Source of the DNA: an uncultured Actinomycetota bacterium
GTDB taxonomy: Bacteria; Actinomycetota; Actinomycetes; JAHEKZ01
Assembly: GCA_963829525.1 (NCBI GenBank)
Contig: CAWHIJ010000003.1
Span: 512,001 to 576,000 of the forward strand
Direction of reading: 5' to 3'
Length of the DNA: 64,000 nt
The stretch's first letter is position 1. Each line of letters starts with the position of its first letter. Below are positions 1 through 9,834 of this stretch, piece by piece. The position numbers were made by a program, and so were the translations under genes. Below the pieces are notes generated by a model. That model saw nothing but the letters and a program-made list of their open reading frames with translations. It searched no databases and was not told the origin of the DNA.

Positions 1-119
1 ATCGGCTGATTCACTTAGGGGGGTGGGAACAGCCGTGGAGCCCAGGCTCGCGGCTGGTCCCGCTACCTGACGACCTCGACCGTCCCTGACTCGGCATTCA
101 TCGAAGGAGGAGGCATCGC

Positions 120-1298
120 ATGAGCGTCATAGACATCGTGCTGCTTGTCGCTGCCCTCCTCTTTGCCGTCACCGGGTGGCGACGTGGGCTGGTCTACGGC
201 CTGTTGTCGCTGGTTGGCTTCTTGACCGGCGCCGCGGTTGGTCTTTGGCTTGCGCCCCAGCTTGTCGACTCGTGGACAGACGGACTTCCCAAAGCTCTAA
301 CTGCTCTGGCGATCGTCTTCGTCTTCGCTGCCGTTGGTCAGGTGCTGGTGGGAATGGTGGGGCGACGCCTGCAGGGGGCGGTTACCTGGGGACCGATGGT
401 CAAGCTGAACAACGTCGGCGGGGCTACTCTGTCGGTCTTCACGATGCTGCTCGTCGTGTGGTTCCTTGCGGGCGTCTATGCAACCGGAAACCCGAGCTCA
501 CTGGCCCGTGACGTGCGTCAGTCGCAGGTCATTGGTGCCTTTGACTCGTTGATGCCGCTCGAGGCCTACACGGTCACTGGGCAGATCGAGTCGATGTACG
601 ACCAGACCGGCTTCCCCACCGTGTTCACCGGGCTTGGCCCTGAGCCCATCAAGACCATCGGCGCACCCGACTCAGCAGTCCTCCGCAATGAGGCCGTGGT
701 CCAGGCTGCCGCGCAGACGGTCAAGATCTTGGGACAGGCTCCGTCCTGCAATGCCGGGCTAGAGGGTTCTGGGTTCGCTTTCGCGCCAGGCCGCGTCCTC
801 ACCAATGCTCATGTGGTGGCTGGGGTGAAGAGCGTGCAGGTCGTCACCGAGAGCGGCAACTCCGTCGACGGAGAGGTCGTCTACTTCGACCCCGACATGG
901 ACCTGGCTGTGATCGACGTCGCCGAGCCCACGGTGCGTCCATTGCGGTTCTCCGACTCGGCCGCTCGTGGCGACAGTGTCGCGGTCATCGGCTATCCAGA
1001 AAACGGCGGGCTCGAAGCGACTCCGGGGCGCATCCGCGATCAGCTCGTCGCCCCCGGCAACGACATCTACGGGGAGGGGGCCGTCGTTCGCGAGGTCTTG
1101 TCCCTGCGCGCCGATGTGCGGCCGGGTAACTCCGGCGGTCCGGTCGTGAACAAGGCCGGCGAGGTCGTTGGGGTCGTCTTCGCGGCTTCACTCGACCAGG
1201 ACGACACCGGCTACGCCATGACGTCGCGTCAGGTGGCGTCGGCCGTGGCTGAAGGCCTTTCGGCAAACCGGCCGGTCAGCACCGGCCCCTGCGCCTGA
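120..1298 (+). CDS. marP: MarP-family membrane serine protease (CvpA-like TM region + trypsin domain)
   Basis: N-terminal TM helices; TNAHVV, DLAV and GNSGGP catalytic motifs; GGAGGAGG RBS; Rv3671c synteny. Confidence 0.9.
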   Translation: MSVIDIVLLVAALLFAVTGWRRGLVYGLLSLVGFLTGAAVGLWLAPQLVDSWTDGLPKALTALAIVFVFAAVGQVLVGMVGRRLQGAVTWGPMVKLNNVGGATLSVFTMLLVVWFLAGVYATGNPSSLARDVRQSQVIGAFDSLMPLEAYTVTGQIESMYDQTGFPTVFTGLGPEPIKTIGAPDSAVLRNEAVVQAAAQTVKILGQAPSCNAGLEGSGFAFAPGRVLTNAHVVAGVKSVQVVTESGNSVDGEVVYFDPDMDLAVIDVAEPTVRPLRFSDSAARGDSVAVIGYPENGGLEATPGRIRDQLVAPGNDIYGEGAVVREVLSLRADVRPGNSGGPVVNKAGEVVGVVFAASLDQDDTGYAMTSRQVASAVAEGLSANRPVSTGPCA

Positions 1299-1367
1299 GC
1301 TGTCGACGAGCCAACAGGCGCCAAGGCACGCACTTGTCGACGCTCCCCCGTGAATGAAGACTGACTA

Positions 1368-2711
1368 CTAACCGTCAGGTGGGTCGGGGTTGGTGTATTG
1401 CCAGGGTTGGGTGTGAAACTTCCGTCCGGTGGGGGTGGTCCAGGTCATGGTGCCGGTGGGGTGGAGTTCGGCGTTCCATCCGGGGGTGTGTTTGAGGCGG
1501 TGGTGCCGCCGGCACAAGACAGCGAGGTTGGTCGCTGCGGTGGGGCCTTGCGGCCAGGGCACGGTGTGGTCGAGGTCGGTGCCGGCGCTGTCGGCGGAGC
1601 GGCGGCAACCGGGGAACCGGCAGGTCACATCCCGGGCACGAACAGCCCGGTCCAGCCCTGCTGACGGCCGGTAACGTTTCTCGGCGATGTCGGTCAGGAT
1701 CCCGGTGGTCGGGTCGGTCAGCAACCGCCGCACCGTCACGTGGGATCCGACCCCGACGCCAACACCCCCATCGCCAGCATCGTCACCAGCCACTTCACGG
1801 TCACCGTTTCCTGCACCGGTTGCAATGAGCTCGTTGATTTCGGTTGCGGTGACGGGGCCGAGTCCGGGCACCCACCCAGGTTCAGCAGAGGTGCCGGTCA
1901 GGGTGTCGGCCGGGACGACAACCTGGACGGTGACCGGCGTGGGCTCAGCCCGTCCGAGGAGTAGGTCGACCAGGGTGTCGGCGCGACGTTGGTCCATGCT
2001 CCGCGCATCCTCAGCACCGAGCCCTTGGGCTGCGGTGGTCAAAGATTGTTGGATCCGGCGGGCCTGAATGCTGGGCAGCAGCGCCCACAGCTCACTCATG
2101 CCGTCCTCACCGGGGGTGACCACCACCCGCCGGTCACCCAGGGCGCGTTGCCGACGCTCCTCGGCCGCTGCCGGGTCGGCCGCGATGACCCGGCGGCGTA
2201 GCCACTCCCGTAGCTGCGGTGCGGTCCGGGACCGTCCGGGTGCGGTGGCGTACCCGACCCCGTCCGCAGCCAACGACTGGGCGTCAGCAGCGTCGAGGTG
2301 GCTGACCTGCTCACAGATGGTCGCCACTTTCCGGATGTCCAGCAGTCCGGACCGCCAAGCCCGGCCCACCTCCGGCATCTGGGCGGCCTGGCAGGCAGTG
2401 CCGTACCGGGCGGTGGCGGCCATCTTCGTCCAGCCCAGCAGCACCCCGATCTCATCGGGAACATACGTTTCGCGGCACTGCCGCGACCACATCGGCTCAC
2501 CACCGGCGACCACTTCGGCCCGGTCAGCGGCCCGCGCCCGGACCCCCATCTGCACCATGATCTGCGCTTGGCGAGCGGCCAACATCTGCGCTGCCTGCCC
2601 GCACGCCACCAGCTCGTCGCGAAGCGCATCATCACCGAGCCGCGCGACCGGTGTCGCAGCATCGAGCAGGTGATCGACCTGCTCGACGATGCTGACAGAA
2701 GAGGAATCCAT
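1368..2711 (-). CDS. DUF222 / 13E12-family HNH endonuclease
   Basis: RDVTCRFPGC...DLDH...NLAVLCRRHHRLKH at the C-terminus; start uncertain (ORF extends to 2777). Confidence 0.88.
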   Translation of the reverse strand: MDSSSVSIVEQVDHLLDAATPVARLGDDALRDELVACGQAAQMLAARQAQIMVQMGVRARAADRAEVVAGGEPMWSRQCRETYVPDEIGVLLGWTKMAATARYGTACQAAQMPEVGRAWRSGLLDIRKVATICEQVSHLDAADAQSLAADGVGYATAPGRSRTAPQLREWLRRRVIAADPAAAEERRQRALGDRRVVVTPGEDGMSELWALLPSIQARRIQQSLTTAAQGLGAEDARSMDQRRADTLVDLLLGRAEPTPVTVQVVVPADTLTGTSAEPGWVPGLGPVTATEINELIATGAGNGDREVAGDDAGDGGVGVGVGSHVTVRRLLTDPTTGILTDIAEKRYRPSAGLDRAVRARDVTCRFPGCRRSADSAGTDLDHTVPWPQGPTAATNLAVLCRRHHRLKHTPGWNAELHPTGTMTWTTPTGRKFHTQPWQYTNPDPPDG

Positions 2712-2784
2712 GACGTGCACTCTTTCACCTGCCACCGACAAGTCACCGACGACTTTCCCCAGGCCACACATGGCCAAACACGGC

Positions 2785-2909
2785 CGTCAACCAGATGTGC
2801 ACTCGCCGAGCCTGAGCGTCAACGGAGTGCGCACTCGCCGAGCCTGAGCGTCAACGGAGTGCGCACTCGCCGAGCCTGAGCGTCAACGGAGTGTGCACTC
2901 GCCGAGCCT
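2785..2909. repeat. ~3.9 tandem copies of a 32-bp unit containing the palindrome GAGTGCGCACTC (REP-like)
   Basis: ACTCGCCGAG recurs at 2801, 2833, 2865 and 2897; no variable spacers. Confidence 0.95.
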
Positions 2910-2910
2910 T

Positions 2911-3816
2911 TTAGCGGTCTGGCTCGGGGTCGGCCAGCCAGTTGAGCAACTCACCGTTGAACCGGTCGGGATCTTCCTCGTGGGGAAAGTGCCCGACGCC
3001 ATCGAGCAGTCTCCAGCGATAAGGCGCCTCGACATAGCGGCTCGACCCCTGCGCGAAACCGGGTGGGAAGCAGCCGTCCGCCGTGCCGTGCACCTGCAGC
3101 ACGGGGGCGCTAACGGCATTCTGAAGCCGCCGGCGGAACCGCGCGCCGTCCGGGCGAATCATCGACCGGACGAACCATCGGTGATACTCCGCCGCGCAGT
3201 AAGCGGTGTTGCCGAGCGCGAAGGCCCGCCGATACGTCAGCGAGGTCGGCAGATCGGGCCACCCGGGAGCAGCCCACTCGTGCAGCATTGCGTCGACGCG
3301 GCTTGAACTGGCACCACTCCAGGTGCGCTCAGGCAACCAGGGCGCCTGCATCGTCCACAGTTGACGTGTGCGGTCGGGGCGTCGCAGGAGTGAGGAGCGC
3401 AGTCGAAGAGGGTGGGGGGCGGAGACTGCTGCAAACCGACGAACAGCCTTGGGCTCGTAGGACGCCAGCGTCCAGCCGACGAGTCCGCCCCAGTCGTGCC
3501 CGACCACGATCGCGTCGCGGGCGCCCAACGAGCCGATGACCGAGGCAACGTCACCGGCGAGTGACGGCAGGTCGTAACCGCGGGGAGTGTGGTCGCTGCC
3601 GCCGAAGCCTCGAAGGTCCATGGCGACGGCGCGGTAGCCGGCATCAGCCAGCGCCGGAAGCTGGTGACGCCAGGTCCACCAGAACTGAGGGAAACCGTGC
3701 AGAAGCAGCACGAGAGGGCCGTCACCGGCTTCGGCGATGTGGAACCTTGCGCCGCGCGCAGTGACGGTGCGGTGCGTCCAGGGGCCTTCGAGCGTGATCT
3801 CGCTCGCCCGCTTCAT
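2911..3816 (-). CDS. Alpha/beta hydrolase, epoxide-hydrolase-like (Rv3670/EphE-like)
   Basis: HGFP, GHDWGG and GHFPHEE motifs. Confidence 0.9.
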   Translation of the reverse strand: MKRASEITLEGPWTHRTVTARGARFHIAEAGDGPLVLLLHGFPQFWWTWRHQLPALADAGYRAVAMDLRGFGGSDHTPRGYDLPSLAGDVASVIGSLGARDAIVVGHDWGGLVGWTLASYEPKAVRRFAAVSAPHPLRLRSSLLRRPDRTRQLWTMQAPWLPERTWSGASSSRVDAMLHEWAAPGWPDLPTSLTYRRAFALGNTAYCAAEYHRWFVRSMIRPDGARFRRRLQNAVSAPVLQVHGTADGCFPPGFAQGSSRYVEAPYRWRLLDGVGHFPHEEDPDRFNGELLNWLADPEPDR

Positions 3817-4265
3817 GCCTTCGATGATTCCCTGGCGGGCTCAGGGTTCCGCAACTCGGTGGGCACCGGTGGCGTGTTGGGCGGCAGCGACTCGACGATC
3901 TGCTTGGTGCGCTGCATCTCGGTTTTGGCCATCTCAGGGCCACGAGCCTTCTTGAGTCGGAAGTACCCGACAGCGCCCAAGATGATCGCAACGAACAGGT
4001 AGAACCCGGCGACGATGAGGAAGGACGCCCAGGTGGGGAGGTCGGCTACCTCGACCAGAACGTAGACGACGGCCCAGGTGACGAGCAGCCAGACCATGGC
4101 CAGCAGGACGCCGGCGACGACGAAGAGCACTGCCCCGGCAGCGCCAGCTTTGGCCGACTCACGCATCTCAGCCTTGGCGAGCTCGATCTCACCGCGGACC
4201 AGCGCGCTGAGCTCGGCGGTGATGCCAGCCACCAAAGTGCCCAGGCTCGGGCGATCGTCGGTCAT
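3813..4265 (-). CDS. Phage-holin-family (YhjD/Rv3669-like) membrane protein
   Basis: LVRGEIELAKAEM followed by two TM helices; GAGGAG RBS before MTDDRP. Confidence 0.8.
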   Translation of the reverse strand: MTDDRPSLGTLVAGITAELSALVRGEIELAKAEMRESAKAGAAGAVLFVVAGVLLAMVWLLVTWAVVYVLVEVADLPTWASFLIVAGFYLFVAIILGAVGYFRLKKARGPEMAKTEMQRTKQIVESLPPNTPPVPTELRNPEPARESSKA

Positions 4266-4347
4266 TGCTCCTCCTCGCGGGTTCGCCGGGGATCCGGCGT
4301 CCAACCCGATCTTGTCAGGTCCGGGCCGGGGCGGTCATGCCCCAGGG

Positions 4348-5598
4348 TCAAATGGTGTCGGCGGCCTCGGCCCGGCGGTAGGCCCTGTCTCGGGTCTTCA
4401 AGATGATGGCCGCGAACAATGCCGCCACCATGGAGCCGAAGAGGATCCCGGCCTTGGAGATGTTGAGCTGATCGGACGGGTCGTCGAAAGCGAGGTCGGC
4501 GATGAGCAGGCTGACGGTGAAGCCAACGCCGGAGACCAGGCTCAGACCCACCATGTCGAACCAGTTCAGGGACGGGTCAAGCTCGGCCTTGGTGAATCGC
4601 GCCGTCAGGTAGGCGCCGCCGAACACGCCGACGAGCTTGCCGATCACGAGCCCGCCCATGATTGCGTAGAGCAGAGGCTCCTTCGACCAGCTGTCCAGGT
4701 CCCCGATGTCCATGTAGACGCCCGCGGACAGGAAGGCGAAGATCGGCACGGCGATGCCGGCCGAGAGCGGTCTGACGCGGTGCTCGAGCCGTTCGGCAGG
4801 CGAGTGGTCCTCGTCGGCGTCGGGCTTAACCCGGGTCAGCAGACCGATGGCGATGCCCGCGACCGTGGCGTGGATACCGGAGTCGTGAATGAGAGCCCAG
4901 ATCACCAGTGCGAGGGGGATGTAGATCCAGCGGGTGGTGACTCGGGCCCGCTGCAGGAGGTAGTAGCCGATGAGCAGGGCGGTGGCAATGAGCAGCGGAA
5001 GCAGGCGGAGGTAGTCGGTGAAGAAGAGGGCGATGACGGTGATGGCACCGAGGTCGTCAACGACAGCAAGCGTGAGCAGGAACGCGCGCAGTGCTGGCGG
5101 CAGGTGGGAGCCGACGACTGCCAGGACGGCCAGTGCAAACGCAATGTCAGTCGCCATCGGGATGGCCCATCCCGCGCGAGCTGCGGGGTCGCCAGCCGCG
5201 ATCAGCAGAAAGACGAGCGCGGGCACCACCATTCCGCAGACGGCTGCAACGACCGGCAACACCGCCTGCGAACGTTCGCGCAGAGTCCCAACGACCAGCT
5301 CGCGCTTGAGCTCGAGGCCGGCAACAAAGAAAAAGATGGCCAGGAGGCCGTCGGCCGCCCATGTCTCCAACGAGAGGTCGAGATGAAGGGCCGCGGGGCC
5401 AACGACAAAGTCCTTGAGGTTCTCGTAGGCGTCTCGCCACGCTGAGTTGGCGACGACGAGGCCCATAACGGCCGCGACGAGCAGCAGTGCGCCGCCGACG
5501 GTTTCTTGCCGCAGCGCATCGGCGAGGAAGGTGCGCTCACCGAGCGGAAGGCGTCCGAACAGGACGCGACGCGGTGGTGGTGTTAACGGCGCAGACAC
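4348..5598 (-). CDS. nhaA: Na+/H+ antiporter NhaA
   Basis: DGLLAIFFF, GLELKRE, GWAIPMATDIAF, LAVVDD, GVGFTVSL; GGAGG RBS at 5604-5608. Confidence 0.95.
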   Translation of the reverse strand: MSAPLTPPPRRVLFGRLPLGERTFLADALRQETVGGALLLVAAVMGLVVANSAWRDAYENLKDFVVGPAALHLDLSLETWAADGLLAIFFFVAGLELKRELVVGTLRERSQAVLPVVAAVCGMVVPALVFLLIAAGDPAARAGWAIPMATDIAFALAVLAVVGSHLPPALRAFLLTLAVVDDLGAITVIALFFTDYLRLLPLLIATALLIGYYLLQRARVTTRWIYIPLALVIWALIHDSGIHATVAGIAIGLLTRVKPDADEDHSPAERLEHRVRPLSAGIAVPIFAFLSAGVYMDIGDLDSWSKEPLLYAIMGGLVIGKLVGVFGGAYLTARFTKAELDPSLNWFDMVGLSLVSGVGFTVSLLIADLAFDDPSDQLNISKAGILFGSMVAALFAAIILKTRDRAYRRAEAADTI

Positions 5599-5644
5599 CA
5601 GGACCTCCGAAGCGGGATTGGACCGGATCGGCAGGCACGCTGAT

Positions 5645-5678
5645 CTCAGTCGCCGACCAGACTTCCCGGCACGCCTCG
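5645..5678 (-). promoter_or_regulatory. Candidate Na+-sensing riboswitch / conserved nhaA leader (GCCGGGAAGUCUGGUCGGC)
   Basis: GCCG/CGGC hairpin just downstream of a TAGACT -10 box (5682-5687); resemblance to DUF1646/nhaA motif RNAs is from memory. Confidence 0.55.
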
Positions 5679-5783
5679 CGCAGTCTATCGCTGGCCTTGG
5701 ACGACGAACGGGGCGCGCTGGCGACGGTTTGGCCAACCGGAGACGGAGTTGTGTCACCTTTGGGCAGTGAGGGCGGACTGGAC

Positions 5784-7757
5784 TCAGTCGGAGGCGCCGG
5801 GCAGTTCGCTCTCTATCAAGTTCATAACAGTTGGATCGGCCAGCGTCGTCACGTCACCCATGTCGCGGTGCTCGGCGACGTCGCGCAGCAGTCGGCGCAT
5901 GATCTTGCCCGAGCGTGTCTTGGGCAGCTCGGGCACCACCATGATCTGACGCGGTTTTGCGATCGGACCGATCTCGTGCGCAACGTGCTGTCGCAGCTCT
6001 TGCACCAGGACGTCGCCATGGGCCTTGTCGTCGGCGACGTGTCCGCGCACGATGACAAACGCGACGATGCCTTGGCCGGTAGTTGCGTCGGTGGCGCCGA
6101 CAACGGCCGCCTCGGCGACCGACGGATGTGACACGAGTGCCGACTCGACCTCAGTCGTCGAGATGCGGTGGCCCGAGACGTTCATGACGTCATCGACCCG
6201 GCCGAGCAGCCAGAGGTCCCCGTCCTCATCCTTCTTCGCGCCATCGCCGGCGAAGTACATGCCGTCATAGCGCGACCAGTAGGTGTCCTTGTAACGCTGC
6301 GGGTCGCCCCAAATGCCCCGCAGCATGCTCGGCCACGGTTCAGTGAGCACCAGGTAGCCGCCCGCACCGTCGGGTACCGGGTGTGCGTGGTCGTCCACCA
6401 CCTCTGCGCCGATGCCGGGTAGCGGCCGCATCGCCGACCCCGGCTTGGTCGCCGTCACCCCCGGCAGCGGGCTGATCATGATTGCACCGGTCTCGGTCTG
6501 CCACCAGGTGTCAGCGATCGGGCAACGATTTCCGCCGATGTGCTCGCGGTACCACATCCACGCTTCCGGGTTGATCGGCTCGCCGACCGACCCGAGCATG
6601 CGCAACGAACTCATGTCGAACTGCGCAGGGATGTTGTCGCCCCACTTCATAAAGGTCCGAATGGCCGTCGGCGCGGTGTAGAGAGTCGTGACGCGGTACT
6701 TCTCGATGATCTCCCACCACCGGCCTTGGTGTGGGGTGTCCGGTGTTCCCTCGTACATCACCTGCGTCGCACCGTTCGCCAGTGGTCCGTAGACGATGTA
6801 GGAGTGGCCCGTCACCCAACCGACGTCGGCGGTGCACCAGAAAACATCCGACTCGGGTTTGAGGTCGAAGACGTTGTAGTGCGTGTAAGCGACCTGTGTC
6901 AGATAGCCACCCGTGGTGTGCAAGATTCCTTTGGGTTTCCCCGTGGTTCCTGAGGTGTACAGGATGAAGAGGGGATGTTCACTGTCGAACGCCTGCGCCT
7001 CGTGCGACGTCGGCTGCTTGCCCACGATGTCGTGCCACCACACGTCACGTGCATCGTTCCACGCGACATCCTGCTCGGTGCGTCGGACGACCAGGACCTT
7101 CTCGATGGTTGGTGACGCGTCCGCTGCCTCATCAACAGCAGGCTTCAGTGCCATCGGCTTGCCGCGTCGGTAGCCACCGTCGGAGGTGATGACGAGCTTG
7201 GCTTCGGCGTCCTCGATGCGGCTGCGCAACGCCTCTGCGGAGAAGCCGCCGAACACCACCGAGTGGGGAGCACCGATCCGCGCGCAGGCGAGCATCGCGA
7301 TCGCAGCCTCGGGGATCATCGGCATGTAGATCGCGACGCGATCGCCGGCCTGGACGCCGAGCTCGGTCAGCGCATGCGCCGCTTGCGACACCTCGCGTTG
7401 CAGGTCGGCGTACGTGAGCGTGCATGTGTCACCCGGCTCACCTTCGAAGTGGATCGCTACTCGTTCACCGTTGCCCGCCGAGACGTGCCGGTCGACGCAG
7501 TTGACGGCAACGTTCAGAGTCCCCTCGACGAACCAGCGGGCGAAGGGGGCACCGGACCAGTCGAGCGTCTGGTTCCACGGCGTCTCCCACTGCAGCCGGC
7601 GGGCCTGCTCGTCCCAGAAGGCAAGCGGGTCCGCTGCCGCCGATGCATACGTTGCCTCGGTGGCGTTCGCCTGCGCCGCGAACTCCGGCGTCGGCGGGAA
7701 TCTCCGCTGCTCGCGGAGCAGGTTCGACAGGCTCTCGTCGCGGGGGGTGTCGCTCAC
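5784..7757 (-). CDS. acs: Acetyl-CoA synthetase
   Basis: [31 protein letters not shown]. Confidence 0.97.
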   Translation of the reverse strand: MSDTPRDESLSNLLREQRRFPPTPEFAAQANATEATYASAAADPLAFWDEQARRLQWETPWNQTLDWSGAPFARWFVEGTLNVAVNCVDRHVSAGNGERVAIHFEGEPGDTCTLTYADLQREVSQAAHALTELGVQAGDRVAIYMPMIPEAAIAMLACARIGAPHSVVFGGFSAEALRSRIEDAEAKLVITSDGGYRRGKPMALKPAVDEAADASPTIEKVLVVRRTEQDVAWNDARDVWWHDIVGKQPTSHEAQAFDSEHPLFILYTSGTTGKPKGILHTTGGYLTQVAYTHYNVFDLKPESDVFWCTADVGWVTGHSYIVYGPLANGATQVMYEGTPDTPHQGRWWEIIEKYRVTTLYTAPTAIRTFMKWGDNIPAQFDMSSLRMLGSVGEPINPEAWMWYREHIGGNRCPIADTWWQTETGAIMISPLPGVTATKPGSAMRPLPGIGAEVVDDHAHPVPDGAGGYLVLTEPWPSMLRGIWGDPQRYKDTYWSRYDGMYFAGDGAKKDEDGDLWLLGRVDDVMNVSGHRISTTEVESALVSHPSVAEAAVVGATDATTGQGIVAFVIVRGHVADDKAHGDVLVQELRQHVAHEIGPIAKPRQIMVVPELPKTRSGKIMRRLLRDVAEHRDMGDVTTLADPTVMNLIESELPGASD

Positions 7758-7855
7758 GGTGCAGTTCTCCTCGGCTGGTCTGGGCTGCTCAGGGCCGCTC
7801 ACGTCTGAACGTAGTCGAGCGATCGGGCACGCGGGAAGGATGACAGTCTTTGCCC

Positions 7856-8596
7856 GTGACGACTACCGACCCGTTGGCCACTCTCGCCGCCCTTCCTGGC
7901 GTTGCCGAGGCGATCGACGCCAGCCGGGCCGCAATGGACGGGCTCCTGCGCGAGCCGGCCCTCCGACGGCAACGGGGTGAGGTTCGGGCAGCCGCTCGAC
8001 TGCGGTCGGCTTGGGCGTCTGCGCGGCTGGCCGGAGCCGACATTGCGTGGGAGCACTTTGCGGCACCGTTTGCCGATGACCAAGATGGGCGCCTTGCAGA
8101 CGCCGCCCTGCAGGTGGCCGGTGAGGTGGGCGGGCTCGCCGATACCTGGAAACGGGCACCGCTGCAGGTCCTCGCTCGACTGCACACGGTTGCGATGTCG
8201 GAGCGGGTGGCCGAGGTCGCACTCGGACGCCCGCGCGCCGATGCAGGCGTCAGTGAACGCCTGAGGACCCTGGCCGGCGTTGTCACGCAGACGAATGCAC
8301 CGGGAGTGCTGGTCGCTGGCGTCGTCCACGCCGAGCTGATGACGCTGCAGCCTTTTGGCTCCGCCGACGACCTGGTCGCGCGTGCGGCGTCCCGCGTGGT
8401 GCTGGTCTCACGCGGGGCCGACCCCGATGCGCTGACGGTTCCGGAGATGGGGCTGCTCGAGCTCGGCGCCGAGGCCTACGGCGAGGCGTTGGAGGCTTTC
8501 GCCGAAGGGTCGCCCGTCGGGCTGGCGCAGTGGCTGACATTCCACGCGGCGTCCGTGCAGCGCGGTGCAACCTTCGCGCGCACCCTCTGCCGTTGA
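7856..8596 (+). CDS. Fic-like protein with degenerate motif (Rv3662c/SCO3559-like 'oxidoreductase')
   Basis: QVLARLH and [19 protein letters not shown]; convergent with the HAD gene as in other actinobacteria. Confidence 0.75.
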   Translation: MTTTDPLATLAALPGVAEAIDASRAAMDGLLREPALRRQRGEVRAAARLRSAWASARLAGADIAWEHFAAPFADDQDGRLADAALQVAGEVGGLADTWKRAPLQVLARLHTVAMSERVAEVALGRPRADAGVSERLRTLAGVVTQTNAPGVLVAGVVHAELMTLQPFGSADDLVARAASRVVLVSRGADPDALTVPEMGLLELGAEAYGEALEAFAEGSPVGLAQWLTFHAASVQRGATFARTLCR

Positions 8597-8628
8597 CCCA
8601 CCTCGCCGGCACTTGACTGCGGCTGCGG

Positions 8629-9462
8629 CTAGGACGATGCCACGCGACGGCGTCGTGACGCGGCCACGGCGACAATGAGCGCGGCAGCCACCAGCACCAT
8701 GCCCATCGATGCCCCAGCGAACGCGCGCTGCCGGGTGTCGAGCTCGGACAGGTGCGGGATATCGGGGACCGAAGGGAGGCGTCGACGCATCGCGACAGGC
8801 CGATTGAAGCGCAGCACCGGCCACTCGCGCTCGGCGGCCACTCGGGCAAGCTCTTTGTCAGGGTTCACAACCGTCGGGTGGCCCACCGCCTCGAGCATCG
8901 GCAGATCGGTCTGCGAGTCGCTGTAGGCGTAGGACGCCGCAAGGTCGTACCCGTGCCTCTCGGCAAGCTCGCGCATGGCGTCGGCCTTCGTTGGGCCGTA
9001 GGCGTAGTACTCGATTTCTCCGGTGTACTTGCCGTCCTCGATCACCATCTGGGTGGCGACAACGCGGTCGGCACCGAGCATCTGGCCGATCGGCTCGACC
9101 ACCTCGGCACCGGAGGAACTGACGATCACGATGTCGCGTCCTGCCTCGCGGTGCTCTTCGATCAGGGTTACCGCTTCGTCGTAGACGATCGGGTCGATCA
9201 GCTCGTGGAGCGTCTCGGCAACGACCTCGCGCACCTGAGCCACCGGCCAGCCGGTCACCATCGACTGGAGGTACTGCCGCATCCGCTCCATCTGGTCGTG
9301 GTCAGCACCGCCGGCAAGGTACACAAACTGCGCGTACCCGCTGCGGAGCACCGTGCGTCGGTTGATCAGCCCGCTCGTATAGAAGGGTCGGCTGAAGGCC
9401 AACGAACTCGACCTCGCAATGATCGTCTTGTCGAGGTCGAAGAAGGCTGCGGCACGGGTCAC
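8629..9462 (-). CDS. HAD-IB hydrolase (Rv3661/CicA-like)
   Basis: AAFFDLDKT, IVSSS, AYSDSQTDLPML; C-terminal TM helix; start chosen at GTG (TRAAAFF). Confidence 0.9.
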   Translation of the reverse strand: MTRAAAFFDLDKTIIARSSSLAFSRPFYTSGLINRRTVLRSGYAQFVYLAGGADHDQMERMRQYLQSMVTGWPVAQVREVVAETLHELIDPIVYDEAVTLIEEHREAGRDIVIVSSSGAEVVEPIGQMLGADRVVATQMVIEDGKYTGEIEYYAYGPTKADAMRELAERHGYDLAASYAYSDSQTDLPMLEAVGHPTVVNPDKELARVAAEREWPVLRFNRPVAMRRRLPSVPDIPHLSELDTRQRAFAGASMGMVLVAAALIVAVAASRRRRVASS

Positions 9463-9615
9463 CTCCTCGACAATAGATAGCCCCGGGGGGGCTATCTGGG
9501 ATTGGGCCATTTGGGTGGTTCTCCGCGTCGACAGGTGCCGGATGGCCTGACCCGATTGCGCTCTGTAGTGACTCGGGTACACGATGTTGTTATCTGGTCC
9601 TCCGCGGTCCAGAAC

Positions 9616-9684
9616 GCGCCTGGCTCCCTCCCCCCGGGGCCAAGCGCCTAGACGGCCCCCGCTATCCCCCCGGCGGGGGCCGTC
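9616..9684 (+). ncRNA. 6C RNA (B11 homologue)
   Basis: Two adjacent hairpins with C-rich loops (CTCCCCCC and TATCCCCCC), in the canonical HAD-ssd intergenic position. Confidence 0.88.
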
Positions 9685-9834
9685 GCATGTCCGGACTCGG
9701 ACCAGCGCGAGTTCGCGACTCCGGGCGGCGTCCACACCCCCTCGCACGTTGCGCTTGTCCCCAGACGCCCTGGCGCCCTCTGCGCGAGACCTCGCCGGTC
9801 GGCCACGCTCGCGTCCCCATGTGAGGAGGCCGTC

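Noticed and set aside
2785-2909. CRISPR or TIGR-like guide array next to the HNH nuclease
   Set aside because: Units are contiguous and near-identical with no variable spacers; no cas genes in the window.
3813-4265. Prophage holin
   Set aside because: Chromosomal holin-like family in conserved synteny; no endolysin or other phage genes.
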